DNA of 64,000 nt from the NCBI RefSeq assembly GCF_009914755.1, contig NC_060926.1, one strand, 5' to 3'. The position numbers and the translations under genes were made by a program. Below the pieces are notes generated by a model. That model did not search any database, had not been told where the DNA came from, and saw only the letters and a list, made by a program, of their open reading frames with translations. Positions 32,711 to 46,560 of the stretch are shown one piece after another. Source of the stretch: the human T2T-CHM13v2.0 reference genome, Homo sapiens. Within the stretch, counting starts at the first letter, position 1. Each line of letters starts with the position of its first letter.

Positions 32711-33525
32711 GATTTTATTTTTATGTAAAATTGACTACATATAGTGTATTTATATGTGCAAATATATATAGAGAAAGGTGTGGAAACATGTTTACTATGT
32801 TTCTCTCTGGCTTGAAAAAGTTTATTTTTAAACTTTTTGTGCTGTTCTTTATTGACTGAATATTTTGTGAGTCTGTATCAATTATTATAAAACAAAAAAC
32901 TATTTGAAAAAAAGAATGTCAAAGTTAAATCAATTCTTGCCTCAGTAACTGGAGTAATTTCATGCACACTAGCCATATATTTTATAGAACTGGAAATCTA
33001 TTATGCTCTGGAGAAAATCCAACAGGTATGTTCTAGATTTTGCCCGTAGAACTAGGCTGTTTCTAGTCCACCAAAGGATTATATTAATTTATGGAAACAA
33101 TAGGGTTTGGACTAAAACCAGTTCTATCTGGGCTATAAGAGTTAAATGTTGTCTTACATTTTTATTTATAAATATCTTCAAAGCATTTTCATTTAATTGG
33201 AGTTAGTCTTCCTTGTTGATTGGCATTGTATTTTGGGAGTAAATAAATTTTAAATAGCTAAGGTAAACGGATTTTAGAGAGGCTACTTGTACAGTCACGA
33301 AGTAAATCTAATGAATCTTTTGGCCCTGTATTTAGGGTTGCTCGGGTGGATTAGTAAAATGGGCCTGTTTAGTAAAAGTAGATGGAGTCTGAGAGAAGTT
33401 GAGTATGACCAGAGAAAAGATTACCAATTGGAGACATAAAAGGGTGTTATAACTGCTTTGACAAGTGATTATGACTTGTAGAGGAAGGAGAAAAAAGTCA
33501 AAGAGTTATTATTTAAGAAACATTA

Positions 33526-33855
<330 letters not shown>

Positions 33856-35849
33856 TTAGCATACATGGATGGTTATGGCAATATAAATTAACACCTAAAT
33901 AATTTGTCATTCAACAAAATCTTAGCACTGTGTGTCTTGAGGATATTTTAAAGTTAATTACGACCCCGGGCTGCAGAGTGGGAGATTGGAAGAAGGAAAT
34001 TCAGGAGTTGTTTTGTTAACAGTTGAAGCTGTGGAAATAAACAGTCAACCGAAGCCAGAGGAAAGGAAGGAAAAAAATAAAACCTTGAGGATACCAACAT
34101 TTTTTATGGCCCCGTAAAAAAGGAGCAGCCCAAGAAAAGTGCAAACGAAGGCAAGTTCAGAAATCAGGTAGAGAGACTCATATTGAAGACAAGGGAGGAG
34201 AGTTTCAAAAAGGAGGAGTTAGCAGTATCACGTGCTGTAGAAAGGCCACACGACAGTAGGACTGAAGTGGCCACTAGATTTGGCCTTCAGCACTTACTAG
34301 AGTCTAGTGGAGACAGGAGTACCTTGCACAAGTGGCTCATTTGTTGGCACCAGAGGCTAGAACAAGGCACTTTCACACAGTCTGCATTGGACTAGATTGG
34401 GAAGTAGGCCCTACATTAGGGGACGAAACTCATGAGTGCCCGGGTATTTTCAGCTATTATTGGGGATAGGGACTCTGCGGGTGGCTAGAGGTACTGCTAA
34501 GCCAGAGCTCAGGAGATGCACCTAGGGCCCCAGTAGTAGGTCTCCGATAAGAATCAGGGGAATGAATATATAAATGAATGAATATATGAATGCATGTGGG
34601 GGTGTGGTCTAGCGATTACTTTATGAGCGTGACAAGGATAGGAAGAGGATGGTGAAAGCATACAGTAGTACCTGCCTGTGAAAGAAGCTGCCCGTCGACT
34701 CAGAGAGCTGCCAGGGAGATTGGTGTTTTCAAGGCTGTCAGGTTCCCCAGTTGGGAGAAGGGTGGGAAGGGCTTAAGGATTTACAGAGATTGATTTAGGG
34801 GAGAACACACAGGAAGCGAAACAGCAGGAAACGCCGGGAGACAGCAGCAGCAGGACAGGATTGAGGAAGGGTAAGAGTGCGAAATGGGGTAAGAATAAAA
34901 GAAAGGAATGGACAGATGTATGCTTTACAAGGCACTTCCACGGCGAGTGACTCATTCATGCTTAGGACAACCCAGGGAGAGACATAGGTATATATTGCAT
35001 TGCCAGCCTTTGGAATGCGGGATGCGGTCCAGATAAGGCCATCGCAGCTCAGAGAGGCTGTTCAGCCGCTGTTCGATTCCTCTGGTGACAAGAACACTCT
35101 ACTTTTGGAAGTAGCACTTCTATTAGAGAAGTTAAAAAAAAAAAAAAAAAGAAAAGGGAGATAAGAAGAAAGGTGTGGGCCCCTTGAGGGGAAAGATCTG
35201 TGAATGACAGACATTTTAGATAATTCATGGAATTGCAGAGCCAGAACGGGTCAGGCAGATCTTTTCATCTGTAAAACGAAGGGGGCAGACGATCTTCCTT
35301 TTCTCTTGTCTAATAGCCTGTGAAATCATCTAGGCAACCACCTCCCAATTTTACAGAATAAAAAACGAGGCCCGCGGGATATGTCTCGCTCAAAGTAACA
35401 GAACGCCCGAGTGGAGGGACAGGCCCGGAGCCGACTCCGCCCCGTCCGCAGGGCCTCTCGCCGCTCCGACACCTTCCCAGAAAGATAAAGAACAGCGGGA
35501 GGCGGCAGGCCCGGCGGCCTAGCTGCGAGCGCCCTGGTGTTCGAGGCCGCTTCCCGGCAGCAGTGGGAGGAACGCCCCGAGGGGAGGGCAGGAGAGGGGC
35601 GGGGAGGAGTTGAGACGGGCGGGGAAGAGTTCGGGCCTCCTTTCCCACACTTCGTTAGGACGCCGGCTGGGGCGGGCCGGCAGAGGGCGCGGGGCGGTTC
35701 CTCGCTCGGCGGGCCCGGCAGGCCCGGCGGGCTGGGGGCGCGCTGTCCCGGGCGCACTGTCGGAGCTCGCGGGCACCGGGTCGCGGCGGCCCGGGCGGCC
35801 GGAGCCGGCAGGGGAAGTGCGGCGGGCGGGCAGGCGGGCGGCCGGGAAC

Positions 35850-35886
35850 GGGCGGGGCGGGGCGGGGCGGGGCGCGAAGGGGGCGG
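35850..35886 (+). promoter_or_regulatory. Tandem Sp/KLF GC boxes (GGGCGG)n
   Basis: gggcggggcggggcggggcggggcg plus ggggcgg just upstream of the presumed TSS. Confidence 0.8.
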
Positions 35887-35919
35887 TGCCGCGAGCGGGG
35901 GGCGGTGGCGGCGGCGGCG

Positions 35920-36299
35920 GTGGCGGCCGAGGAGGAGAACATGGCGGCCGCGGAGAGCGGCTGAAATGCCTGTTCTTCAGGCCGGGCGAGCGGGAGTCTG
36001 ACGCGATTTGCTGAGCTCTGTCCTCCGACGGCTGCCTCGCGGCCTTGAGGGCCTCCGCCGCCTGTTCGCTGCTGCTCCCTCGAGCGGAGCCTGCGTCAGG
36101 TTCCCTCTGCATCCCCCTGCGGGGGGACCCCTGCTCCGGAGGAGGGGGCCGGAGAGCCGCGGCGGCGGCGGCGGCAGGCGCCTGGGCCCAGGGGGCCGGG
36201 CGCCGGGCCCGAGGAGCGGCGGAGGCCGGGGCGGCGCCGCCGCCACGGTCGCGGACGAGTGCGGCGCCGGTGAGCGGGGCCCAGAGGCGGCGGCGGCAG
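35920..36299 (+). other. Probable non-coding first exon of a large + strand gene (tentatively NCOA1-like, unverified)
   Basis: Follows the GC boxes and contains the YY1 motif; ends at consensus donor CAG|GTGAGT (GT at 36300-36301); no in-frame ATG ORF crosses the donor; downstream sequence is intron-like. Start is approximate and the gene identity is recollection only. Confidence 0.7.
35938..35949 (+). promoter_or_regulatory. YY1 motif (AACATGGCGGCC)
   Basis: Match to the known YY1 consensus AANATGGCGGC, which typically lies just downstream of a TSS in sense orientation. Confidence 0.7.
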
Positions 36300-39200
36300 G
36301 TGAGTGGCGGGCTGCGGGTGCGGAGCCTCCCGGTGGGTGCAGCTGTCACGAGCCGCGCGGCCGCGGAGGCCCTAGGGGGCGGGGAGCAGCTGGCGCCCCT
36401 CCGCCCCCTGCTCTCCTTTCTCCCGCTCCATCCTCCTCCCACTTCCCCGAGTTCCCCTCGCGGCCCGGCGCGGCTGGAGGGGGCGGAGGTCGCAGCTGTC
36501 ACGGGCACCAGCTGGGGGCTGCTCCCCGCCGGGGGAAATCGCTGCAGCAGCGACTTCTCTCCGCCTCTTTTCCAGTTGCCCTAGTTAGCGCGGAGAGGGC
36601 GAGCATCCGCGGAGGGGGTGCGAGCTGCGCGGCCGCCTGCCCGGCGTGGGGAGCGGGCTCCCCGGGCCGCCGCCGAGAGGGGGAGCCGGAAGTCGGCGCG
36701 GGCGCCCCTCGGCCCCGACGACGCCGTGACCTTGGCCGGCCCGCTCACCTCTCGGAATCTCGCCTGCCGGGACCGCGAAATGGGGGCGACCGCGGCGTCC
36801 CTCTCCGTCGGCGCAGCCCTCGACGGCGCTTGGGTTTGACCCCGGCGCGCTTGCTCGCCCCTTCTCCCGAGAAGGGGTTTCGGAGGTAGACATGGGATGG
36901 ATACTGGACATGTTCCTGTCGCGGCCCGGGTTTGGTCCCCTTCCTGGGATTCAGCCGAAAGGGCCGAGGAAGGGAAGCAAACATGTTGACGAGGCGATTG
37001 GGAGGTGGGGTTGGTTAGTGGGCAGTGACAGAATTCGGGCCGCTCTCTAGTCCCTTGTAAAAGACCTGAAAAAATCGGACACCCAGGGTCTCCAGTCCTT
37101 ACTACCCAGCTGTGGTGGCTGCTTTTTTATTTTATTTAAAAGCAGCTACCCCCATGGGTAGACACTGCCCAGTCTGACGACGTTAGAGGGAGACGGAGGG
37201 GTTGACAATACAGCCTGTGTGTGTGTGACAAGGACAGGCCACGGTGTTGTGTCCGGAGAGTTTCATGGGGAGGAAAACTTTAAGCTGGAGGATCTGTTAG
37301 CCTCTCATGCTTGGCCCTCCTCGTTTCTTGTAGAGGTGTTGAACAGGCAGGTGTCCTTGTGCAGAAGGTGACATTTTTTCTTCGGAGACGGTGAGTTTTT
37401 AATGTCGAGTGTGATGTTGGTGAGTAAAGGGTTCTTGAGTGAATTGCAGTCCCAGCACCCTCTGTGGATGCCAAGAGGAATCTCTGTGGCGATGATTTGT
37501 GAGGGCTGGTGCTTACATTTCAGTGATTAAGAAATCAAGTGTCTGCTTAAAACATTACTGCCGTGAAGCGTAGATTATATGATACAGTTGAGGGATGGAC
37601 CTCAAGGGTTAAATTTGTTTGAGGTTTGTCTCCTCTTCTGGAATTGGTTGGAGGCTAGTCTCAAAAAAAAAAAAAAGCAAACAAAACAACAACAATAACA
37701 ACGAAAGTTGGCCAGAGGGGCCTCCTATGATGTTGTAGGAAGGGGGTCGGATTTCTTCATGTTGAGAATAATGTGAAAAGAAAGTATTTGCTTAGGTCTC
37801 TTGGATCTTCAACTAGAAATAGTTTTGGGTTAAAGGTAGCAGTGGGGTTTGATTCAGCTTAACAAATAGGCATTCCTTGAACTATTTGCCATAAATTAGA
37901 TAAAATGGAAGTGTTTCTGTTTTATCTCCTGTACTTTGTGGAAAGGTCTAATTTGGTTTTGTGAACGAATGTCCGAAATGTTTTATATTTCTTCTTCAGA
38001 CTCTATGCTTTGGGAACAGTGGGTCACAGAGAGGGTCTGAGTTGGGAATATATGGTTTAGAGAGAAAATAGAGGACTGCTGCTTATAAGAACAGGTGTTT
38101 AGTTTGATTTTTGTAGATATTTTCTACTGGTTATTTAACAACATTGAAGTTTGCTTTATAAGGTGCAAAACGTGAATTTTACGTAGCTTACACTTGATCT
38201 CTTCCTTATTTCTCTCAGAAAACCTGTAGGATTGTGCCTATTAAATTGCTTTTTGTGTGGTTTAAACCAAGAGAGTATTTTAGATCTGCAGTGGTTTTAT
38301 TGGAAAAAAAAAAAAAGTGCTTGATGGAGCTAATGGTGATTGTTTCACTTAAACTAGGATTATATAGACAATGCTTCTTCCTGCCTCTTTCTGCGAACAT
38401 TTGTTTTTGTTTCTCCCTCAATTCCAGGGTTTCATTTCTAGAAATCTGGGCTGCAAACAGAAGCAGCAGTTTGTATAATCCCAAGAACTTGCTTATGCCA
38501 GGAAGCTGTAAGGGTAGCATGAAGCGGGTGTGATGTAAAGACACTGCTACTACTTAAGACATTTAACTGTTGAGGGAGTCTAAGGTCAAACTTTAATTTT
38601 TGTTGAATTTCCTGTTTTCTGCTTATGTGTTAATCTTTTGGTGGGCAGAAGATTGGGTTGCTATGGTGCTAACTGGTGTATATTGTGAAAGTGCTGGCAA
38701 CATTTCATGCTTTTACTCTATAGGGAAGGGTGGTAAACAAGCCTAAATAATTTAAAGATGTTGTTCTCAGAATGGAATGTTCTGTGCATGTCTTCTTGAT
38801 CCTGCTAATCCAGTGAGCGGTCTTCACTAGGACTAAATGTTGAGTAAGTGATGAGGGTGGTATAGAGGTGCTGAAAGGTGGAGTGGTGGAGAGAGGGTAT
38901 TGGGCATTTTCTTGAAATTCTTTTCCCCAATTCTGTATAGGGAATCTGTATACTAGACTGTGATTTATAATTGTTTTTCAAGGATGTTTTAGTTCTCCCT
39001 GCTTGGTTGTCATCAATTTCATATACCTCCTCTTAGATACTACCTCTGTTCCGTACTTTAGTTTGTCTTTTTTGCTGCGTCTCCCAAGGACTCCACATTG
39101 TTTGAATGTTATGTTGCATATCTTATGGAGTTGGCTGGCCTTAAGCCATGTGGCTTAACATAGTTTTCATTATAGGGCAGGTGTGGGAGGTCAATACAAC

Positions 39201-42097
39201 GCACAACACGGAGTAAAATCTAAGTCATGGAGCATAGGAGATCCCCGGGACGCTCATGATTGTTTTGGCATTGGTTTTTGCCTTTTAAATATGATTATAA
39301 CAGAAATTCTCAGAGGACCATCAGCTGCTTTCCTGGCAGAGGTCCAAAAATGTTTTGGAGGGTTCCATTTTGCATTACTTGCAAATATTGGATGCTGTGG
39401 TCGGTGTGGGCTCGGGTGAAATCCATGTGTTTCAGGAGGTGGATGTCAGAACACTGTATCTGATCTGGGCTGCAGAACCGTATAAATTTCTCCCTATCTT
39501 AGATTAACTTTCCTACCCATTTGGGAAGACTAGACTGTAGGAAAGGACTTTTTAAAATTGCTTCTTTCCCAGATTAGCAGTAGTTTAGCCGTTGGTGATT
39601 GGCAACTAAGGATAGGCCTCATGTTCTATTCTTAACATTGAAGATGAGGTCTAGTCATTTAAAACCTTTCCTTTTCTCTTTATATTTTAGTTAGACCTTG
39701 TGCCTTTCAACATTTGGTGTCAGAGGTCATAAAATGGCCTAGTGGCAACTAGGTACCAATGTTGGTTGCTTCATTTCATAAGGAGATGAAGGTGTTTTTT
39801 TTTTTTTTTTTTTTTTTAATAGCTTAGTTCTGGAAAATGGTTTGTGGGCTATAGTATTTGGATTAATGTATAGAAATGATTATTATATATTTCTGCAGGA
39901 TACATGGCTGAATAAGGGAAATTATTATAAAACGCTGATACCAACATATAAGTCCAATTCCATAAGTTTAAGTAAAGTGAGTTGTATCCATGCTTCTTCC
40001 CCCATAACCCCATCTGCAACACAGAATTTTTGAGGCTCCTTGGAGTGATAGGCTTTTAGAAAAGCTTAGTATGGTTATCATATTTAAAAGATAAGTAGCT
40101 TATGCCAAAATAGAAGCTCTAGTCACTCGAGGAGTTATGGAAGACTCACCCTCATCTTGGATATATTTTGTTCTTACCACTCCCCGAGAGTATGTTTTAG
40201 TGTGTGGAGGGCAGGGATGTTTGGTTTTACTGAGTAGCCCTGACCTGACCATTAGGCACAGACAGGCCAGACTCATAAAAATAGGTGCAAGCACGGAAGC
40301 AAAACGCACCCATTATCAGGACCAGAATTCTAATTGTACTGGATTATCCAGTTTTTCCAGAGTGATGCTTCATTTTTGCCCTTTCAGCTTATAATTGTGG
40401 GGCAATTTTAAAGCATCTTTTAGAAAAGAAACTCTGACCAGACAGACAGAGGTGTCCTAGCTCTTCCAGATACTTAGGTTGATGTAGCCTTGAGCTGTTT
40501 AACCACACTAAACTTCAGTTTTTATATTTAAAATTGGAGTAACGTACTTGTCCTCATATTGTAATCTTTAAAATTATTAAATGTGTTTAGCATATGATTG
40601 GCACATAGACATTAATGACTAACAGGTATTTCATTAGCGAATTCATCACCAAATTCTCGCATTCTTTTCTTTGTAATTTCTCAAATTTTTTCCTTTATTT
40701 CTGGTTCTGCAATCTGGTCCTCCTGTCATTTGCACATGGAGTAATGGGAGTCACATTGACTCTGTGGGCCTGAGTTTCTTTATCATTAAATGAGCATGTT
40801 GGTCTAATTTCACATTTCTTCTTGTTTTAAAATTCTGTGATTTGTAGGTTTATAGCTGTTTGCTTGCATGCATTTACCTCTCTAATTTGTCCTACACATA
40901 ATGCTGAAGAAATTCCCTTCTAAAAAAATTTTTTTATGTTATTGTTTTCAGAGGAGATTTTCTGTGGGCAAATTTATCAAATGTAAATCATTTAAACTGA
41001 TTCTTTCATTTCCCATTCCAGAAAATTTGCTGTAGATGGCATATGCAGAAATACTTCGCAAACTGTAAAGTGCTACGCAATGAAGAAAGTATTATGATAA
41101 TCATAGATATCTTGCGTCTTTGCTTTTACATGTTCCATTTTCTTCATTTAAATTGGATTTCCTTTATGTTCTCGTGACCTTCAAAAACAGCATCAAAGCT
41201 GGTATGTTTTCAAGAAAGCTTGATTTTTATCACTCCCTTAGCATTAGGTACTCTGTTCTGTATAATAAACTTCTCTTTCTCTCTCTTTCTTTTGAGAGAG
41301 ATTCTCTTTTTAGTGTGTGTTGATTGGTTTTCCTAAACAGATTGGAAAACGCTTGAGATGCCAGGAACTACAACATTTAGAGTTAAAGAGCCTTAAATGA
41401 TCATTTAGGACAGCCTTCTTAATATTACAGCTGAGCAGACTAAGTCCATGCAGATGTAGTTGGGAATAGGGTTTCTTTATGAGAGTTACTTTTTGTATTT
41501 AAAGTTACAATATTACAAAGATATTTTAAATAATAAGAATTCCTGTAAGCTTTTGAGTAATGTGTAAGCTAGGAGGAAAGGAGCATTTTTATTTTTTGAC
41601 CAAAATATGACTCTCAAATATTGTAAAAAGGTATTAATTAGGAATTAATTAAGACCGTTTTCTCAAAAACTACAAAAGTACCTGTAGAAAAACGTCTGCT
41701 TTTCTTGTAAGGCCCTCATTCATAGTCAGCAAATATTTATTGAGTGTTGTCTCTGAGCCAGGTACTGTGCTAGCTCTACATATTACATTTTATAAATGAG
41801 GAAACAAGGCTCAGGGAAGTTAAGTGGCTGGCGTAAGATTGCACAGCTTATAGGTGTTAGGGATGACATTTGAGTTCAAGCCTACTGAGTGGAAATCATA
41901 TTCATACCTTTCAATTGGCTTCTCTTCAAGCATGTTCGTCACACTTGGCCACATTATACTTTTTTTTTTTTCTTTCTGGACTTTCTTTCTCTTGAATACC
42001 TGTGTTGTGGAGACTCCTGCAGTCTTGTTCCTTTCTGATGACCCGGGAGCCATATATACCAGTTACTTGATGAAAATGTCACTTTAAGATTCTTGTG

Positions 42098-42421
<324 letters not shown>

Positions 42422-44794
42422 TCAGTAATGTTGATTCTTTGGTGCTTCTATCCAGGTAAGGTTATCTTTGGTTGGTTTTGGATTCTTAGCCATAAAATTC
42501 TGCCTCTCAAGTTTTGTTGGTATTTAAATAGCTAAAGCTTAGTGTGGTTTGGTTTTGTTTTTATTTTTTTGGAACAAATTGCTTGGTCATTCTCTGTGTT
42601 TCCACTTGTAATTTGAATGGTTGATTTTATCTTAAAATTCCAGTTTGCCTATATAGTTAAAACATTTACATACTTTTATTATCAAGCATAGATTTGATTA
42701 TTTAACAGTAGGTATTCTATTGTGAATGTATGTATGTATATAAACATATCACATCATATTTGACCAGATAGTTGAAGGATGAAATGTCCTTGAGTTTTGA
42801 AAACATCTGTATGTGTAATATTGACTTTACTTTGGTGAATTTGTTTGTAAGAAACAAAAAGTTATTTGTTCTGCAATGTCTAATATCTCCCTCTCCATTC
42901 TAAATGGTACAGGTAGTCTGTAATTGAATTTCTAAGTAGCTACTCAATCATTCGGTCAAGACGTAGTTATATGAGTACGTACTTTGTTCAAGGTGCTGTG
43001 CTGTAAAAAGATAGTGGTTATTGGGAAATTAACCGATAAAATATAGATCCTGTTCTTAAGCAGATTATGACCTGAGAGAGGTGATAAGACAAACATACAA
43101 ATACCTATAATAGTAATTGAATGTGATGAGTGCTGTGAGACAGGTCCTGAAACAGTGCTTTGAACATTCAGGGAGAGGGAATGATTATTGTATTTTCATT
43201 TGAGAAAAATCAGGGCAAGTTTTATGGAGGACTTGGTGGTAGACAAAAGCATTGAGGGCAGGGGATGATTTCTTTAAGAATAGAGACAAGGAGAACAGTA
43301 TGTTCAGGAAGATTAAATAGCAAAGATGAAAAGACGGAGTAATGCAGGGGAAAGTGCAAGGAGTGTGGCATCAGCTGAAGTGGGAGAGGGAAGCATATCG
43401 TCTAGGTGTAGTAAGAAAACATTGGTGGATTTTAATGGAGGGAGGTGGTGGGGAGCAGTATGTAGTAAGTATGTAGATATGGATGAAAATGAGAAATGTC
43501 AATTTTCCAAATTTACGTGGATCTTTTCTTGGCAGGTTTTATACCCCAAATTTCATATTTTTTGTTTTTGAAATGATTCCATATGTAAGGCTTACCCACA
43601 TTGGGAACTTATTCACTCATTTTTATGTATATTTAAACACAGATTATATGGTTTTTTTTTTGAATAGAAGTTGGTACAAAATCTTTTTCACTGCCTTATA
43701 CTTTTTTCGAATTAACTTTTTTGTTTTTTACTTTTGATTATGAATTATGCCTTAACCTACATGTGATATGAGATATGCATATTGCATGATACTTGCCCAA
43801 GAGTTAGCCAGTTGATCCAACATAATTTATTAACGTATTCATTTTAATAATTCCCTACTATTTTGAAGTCTACATTTTGATGTTTCTATACTCCCTTTTT
43901 TCTGATTCTGCATTTCTTTATTCCAAAAATAGATACATCTATTTAATATGTGGCAGTTCCTTACTGTTTTATATATTGTTACTGATAAGGAAAATCCTGC
44001 CATCAACCTTAAAAAAAAATTTTAACCTCCCAGTGATTCTTAGATGTTGATTTGAGTTTATTAAATATATAGATGAATTTTGGACCAACCAGGATTGCAA
44101 TATTCCAACATTCCTCCAGCATTGTTCTATGGCCCTTTGTTTATCAGATCTAATTTCATGCCCTCTAAATGTGCTTTATATTGTTCTTAGTGTACTTCTT
44201 TTCCATTTTATCTTCTATTTCATACCATTGACTTTTTTTTTTAAGCAGTAAGTATTCTTTTAAACAGTGTATTATCACTTGGCATTTTTTAAGATGATGC
44301 AGTGGACTTGTTTGTTCGGTGTAAAAATGTCTCTTTGTATAAATATAAGTGTATCTGACTGTATAAATGAGATTGGTCATACAAGTTGGAAGCCCCTGGC
44401 TCTCATTTATAGTTCATGATTTATTTTACTGATTTATTTATGCCTTGCCATGTCCCAAAAAGGATTTAAGGCAGGATGTGTCTTGAGGAGTCTTGGACCT
44501 TGTTCCAGCCCTGTCTATTATTTGACTGATGCCCCTAGCCAACGTTACTCGTTACACGGAGGGAACAGTGTTGAAGACAACTAGTGTCACTGAATGTGCT
44601 GTGGTGTGTCTTTTGCCAAACTGGTAGTAATTCAGAGATGATACAGTGTAATTGGGGTACCTTTAAAGATAAGTCCTTTAAACCTTGATAGCATACAACA
44701 GAAATTGGCTGGAAGTATCCCTTCAAGTATCCCTGCTGGGTAGGCTGATAAAGAGCCTTAACTCTTGGGACCCCAGGCACTTTTAGCCCGGTAG

Positions 44795-45152
<358 letters not shown>

Positions 45153-45279
45153 CTAGAGGTCTGTGAGGATGTTTCTTCTCTTTCAGTCTGTTGTGGTGGT
45201 TTGTAGTTTACAGGGGCTTGGGTAACTGGATTTTTAGGTTTATTATTTTAAATAGTAGACTCAACACTATTTTGTATTG

Positions 45280-46350
45280 CAGTAGAGATCACTTATGCAG
45301 ATCTTTTTAATACCATTTCATAGAGATTAAGTGGTCACCTTGAGGCAGAGGAGTTAAGAATGATCTAACTTAAAGATGACTTACTCAGTATTTTTTCACA
45401 AAAAGACAAATGTCCCAAGTTTGTTGGTCCTTTTTGTGAAACGTGGCTATAAGTGCTATGTTACCTAGCAAATAAACACACTTAATCTGCCCCTTTGAGA
45501 TAATAGGGTAAGTTCTTAACAGTGATTCAAAAAGTAACTACCTTTCAGAACAACAACAAAAAATTTAATGCTGTAGAGAAAGGATATTGAAAATGGATAT
45601 TTAGAATTTTTCCTGTTATGGAATTTAATTGTTGAAAATTATATGTGTTAACTTTAAGAGCTTTTTTTATATATATACTTGAACTTGGAAACAGAATTTT
45701 CTAACCTGTATAAAAATCTTTTAAAAGAGCTGTTTAGTGATTTTGAGCCCATCTGCTGAAAACACAAAAAGGCAATACCATCTGATTAGTTTATAAGAAC
45801 AACTGATTGCCATCAGAAGGTATGGAAATGCACTAGCTGAATTTTAGCAAAAACCTTTGCATAAATGGTGAATGGGATTGGAAATTGAATATCATGTTTT
45901 ATTCAGTGCACCCAGTAATGGAGTTCTTTTGGTTTTATTCATATTTGTGAGGTAACATTTTTTCAGCTATGATAACCATTAAAACCAAATAAAATAGTTA
46001 TATCTCATAAAAATGAACCGAATATAGAACTAGACCTTCAAGTTGTTATATTACAAAGTATGAAAGCAAGATATAAAAATAACAAACCATGTTCATTTAC
46101 ATTGCTGTCACCAAAAGTAGTGAGTGGTATTAATATAATAACAATATTAGGAAAAGCACAAAGTTTTTGTGTCATCAATAAGAAAAGTAAATGTTTAAAA
46201 ATTTGTTTACTTGCTATAATATTCTTTTTAATTTCCTTTTTTGTATATGCCATATCTACATAATTTATTGATTTGGTGTGCAATATATACAAATTATAAA
46301 TAAGTATAATGGCTTCCTATTCATAAACTTTTAAACCATGAGATATGTGA
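45280..46350 (+). mobile_element. Fossil hAT-Charlie transposase C-terminal region
   Basis: Broken-frame sequence resembling Charlie/Buster transposase motifs (..FSQKDKCPKF.., ..EQLIAIR..GN..AEF*QKPLH.W.., ..ICEV.FSAM.TIKTK..). Confidence 0.6.
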
Positions 46351-46376
46351 TAAAAATGGCTATCATGATTCTATAC

Positions 46377-46560
46377 CAGAAGTTCTTAACCTGGGGTTCA
46401 TAGAATAAGAGCCCCTAGATAGGCTTTAGGGGATCTGTAAGCACTCTGAAATTGTATGTAAAATTTTGTGAGTCTATATATTTATCTGGGGAGAGGGTCT
46501 AGAGCTTTCACCAAATTTCTGAAAGGGTCCATGACCTCCCCCAATGGTTTAGGATCTCTG
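46377..46560. mobile_element. hAT-Charlie MITE (Charlie4z-like)
   Basis: cagaagttcttaacctgggg...ctggggagagggtctagagctttcacc...ggtttaggatctctg with TIR-like ends. Confidence 0.65.

Larger units (their letters stand above)
35370..36970. promoter_or_regulatory. CpG island / TATA-less promoter
   Basis: Abrupt rise in GC and CpG density against CpG-poor flanks; tandem GC boxes, ETS-like ggaagtg at ~35813 and ccggaagt at ~36686. Confidence 0.95.

Noticed and set aside
35310-36984. Long overlapping ORFs on both strands (329, 293, 179, 154 aa)
   Set aside because: Stop-codon scarcity in a very GC-rich island; Ala/Arg/Gly/Pro low-complexity products, mostly non-ATG starts, and the longer + strand ones run through the splice donor.
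37980-38230. Polypyrimidine-AG acceptor-like sites (37999, 38218)
   Set aside because: Such sites are common in T-rich introns, and no convincing paired donor or coding signal was found.
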